Part shown: positions 27,159-28,353 of the stretch, piece by piece
Layout of the letters: every line of letters starts with the position of its first letter
Numbering within the stretch: position 1 is the first letter of the stretch
Notes under the pieces: model-generated
What the model saw: the letters and a program-made list of their open reading frames with translations, nothing else
Databases searched by the model: none
Told to the model about the DNA's origin: nothing
Made by a program: the position numbers and the translations under genes
DNA from: an uncultured Oscillospiraceae bacterium
GTDB taxonomy: Bacteria; Bacillota; Clostridia; Oscillospirales; Oscillospiraceae
Length of the DNA stretch: 28,353 bases
Assembly: GCA_964649425.1 (NCBI GenBank)
Contig: CAZYTE010000001.1
Span: 1-28,353 of the forward strand
Direction of reading: 5' to 3'

Positions 27159-27839
27159 TCAGGCTACCTTTCTTTTTCTTTTCCAAATCCCGCCTGCGAT
27201 CAATGTGGCAAGAATAGCCGTTATCTTGAATGCTGCCGCCGCAATAAACTGGGGAGAGGTGAGATCGGACGCATATTCGCCCATAACGGAAAACGCGATG
27301 ATTGATGGGAGCAGGCCCAGCAGTGTGCCGCATATGTAATTTTTGTAGCCAAGCTGGCACGCGCCGAGATACATGCTGATGATCTCACAGGGCAGTATGC
27401 CAAAGGTTCGCAGCATAAGTGTAAACAAAAACGGGCTTTTGCTTGGGGAAGAATACAGCGGCTCCAGTTTTTTATATTTCTGAGTCAGTTTTTCCATTAA
27501 AGCAGTGCCGCCTTTGCGGCCTGTAAAAAAAGGGACACTGGTCATGATAAAGCTGCCCAGCAAATTCACCGCAATTGCCAGAGGCAGTGAAAACATTATG
27601 CCGCAGGAGATGTATAAAACATTTGCGTTTATAAGCGCTGTACAGCCTTTCACTGCGAACAGGACGAGAATGATCAGAATGGTAAGCAGTATATTCTCCG
27701 GGGAGAAGCTGACGATTTTTTCAACTGTAAGCTCATCTTTGTTGGCAAGCAGCACGCAAACCAGGATGAGCCAAAAACAAACAATTACGACCCGGCGGCC
27801 TTTTTCTGAACCATGTATCATCTTTGACCCTGCTTTCAC
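27159..27839 (-). CDS. DedA/TVP38 (VTT domain) membrane protein
   Basis: Hydrophobic; CGIMF, FFTGR, LRTFGILP...SMYLGA...YICGTLLGLLP pattern. Start uncertain (GTG 27839 or ATG 27821). Confidence 0.8.
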   Translation of the reverse strand: MKAGSKMIHGSEKGRRVVIVCFWLILVCVLLANKDELTVEKIVSFSPENILLTILIILVLFAVKGCTALINANVLYISCGIMFSLPLAIAVNLLGSFIMTSVPFFTGRKGGTALMEKLTQKYKKLEPLYSSPSKSPFLFTLMLRTFGILPCEIISMYLGACQLGYKNYICGTLLGLLPSIIAFSVMGEYASDLTSPQFIAAAAFKITAILATLIAGGIWKRKRKVA

Positions 27840-28061
27840 TGCGCTGCCGAATTACAATATTTACAGTATAAAGCAGTTTTCTAAACTGAAAAGTAACAAA
27901 AGGGGGAAATTCTTTATATTTTCCCGGTTTTGCATGAATATCGCAATAGTGTAAAATTGAACTTGCACTAAAAATGTTAATATAGATTTGTTGAAAATGC
28001 AACCAGATAAAATATTTTCTTTTTGTTATAAACGAAGGACCTTCAGAAAGGAGGCAATGGA

Positions 28062-28353
28062 TTGGAAGACAAATTGATAGTCGAGCTGTACTGGCAGCGG
28101 GATGAAAGCGCGATTTCGGTGACTGCTGCAAAATACGGCCATTACTGCAATACCATTGCAAACAACATTCTCCATAATTCTTTTGACGCGGAAGAGTGCG
28201 TCAATGATACATATGTCGGAGCATGGAACTCCATGCCCAGCAACAGGCCGGAGAAGCTGCGCCATTATCTGGGCAGGCTTACAAGGTGGCTCGCCCTCAA
28301 CAGGCTGGACGAAAGAAAAAGTCTCAAGCGGGGAGGGGATGCTCAGGCTGCCC
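28062..28353 (+). CDS. Second ECF sigma factor (TTG start, runs off the right window edge)
   Basis: Manual translation (not in ORF track): MEDKLIVELYWQRDESAI...KYG...DAEECVNDTYVGAWNSMPSNRP...KRGG, paralogous to 11393-11950; SD AAAGGAGG 7 nt before TTG. Confidence 0.9.
   Translation, partial: MEDKLIVELYWQRDESAISVTAAKYGHYCNTIANNILHNSFDAEECVNDTYVGAWNSMPSNRPEKLRHYLGRLTRWLALNRLDERKSLKRGGDAQAA

Noticed and set aside
1..28353. CRISPR array, tRNA/rRNA, riboswitch, IS or integrase
   Set aside because: No regularly spaced repeats, RNA-gene signatures or transposase/recombinase motifs seen; intergenic regions are short and mostly explained by promoters and terminators.

Overview
Gene-dense chromosomal region of a monoderm anaerobe. 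Gene content and promoter/RBS style suggest Clostridia, possibly Oscillospiraceae-like (inference). I found no mobile element, CRISPR array or RNA gene. From left to right: an OmpR-family response regulator with a partial HAMP histidine kinase; a + strand operon of an EF-G/TetM-like GTPase fused to a YacP/Rae1-type NYN nuclease, a YlmH S4 protein, peptidase T and an MFS transporter; a pstSCAB-like ABC operon with atypical binding-site motifs, ending in a soluble P-type-ATPase-like HAD gene; an ECF sigma/anti-sigma pair; an MMPL/RND transporter with a GLUG-repeat surface protein; an acetamidase/formamidase; an orphan GltD/NfnB-like oxidoreductase; a stand-alone ZorA/ZorB-like (ExbB/MotB-OmpA) motor pair; a nitroreductase; a CPA2 antiporter; a DedA-GT8-CDP-alcohol phosphotransferase operon; and a second, partial ECF sigma. 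The best candidates for an undescribed system are (1) the GTPase-NYN + YlmH + PepT cluster as a possible ribosome quality-control module and (2) the effector-less Zorya-like motor. All functional proposals are inferences from motifs and gene context; no searches were run.
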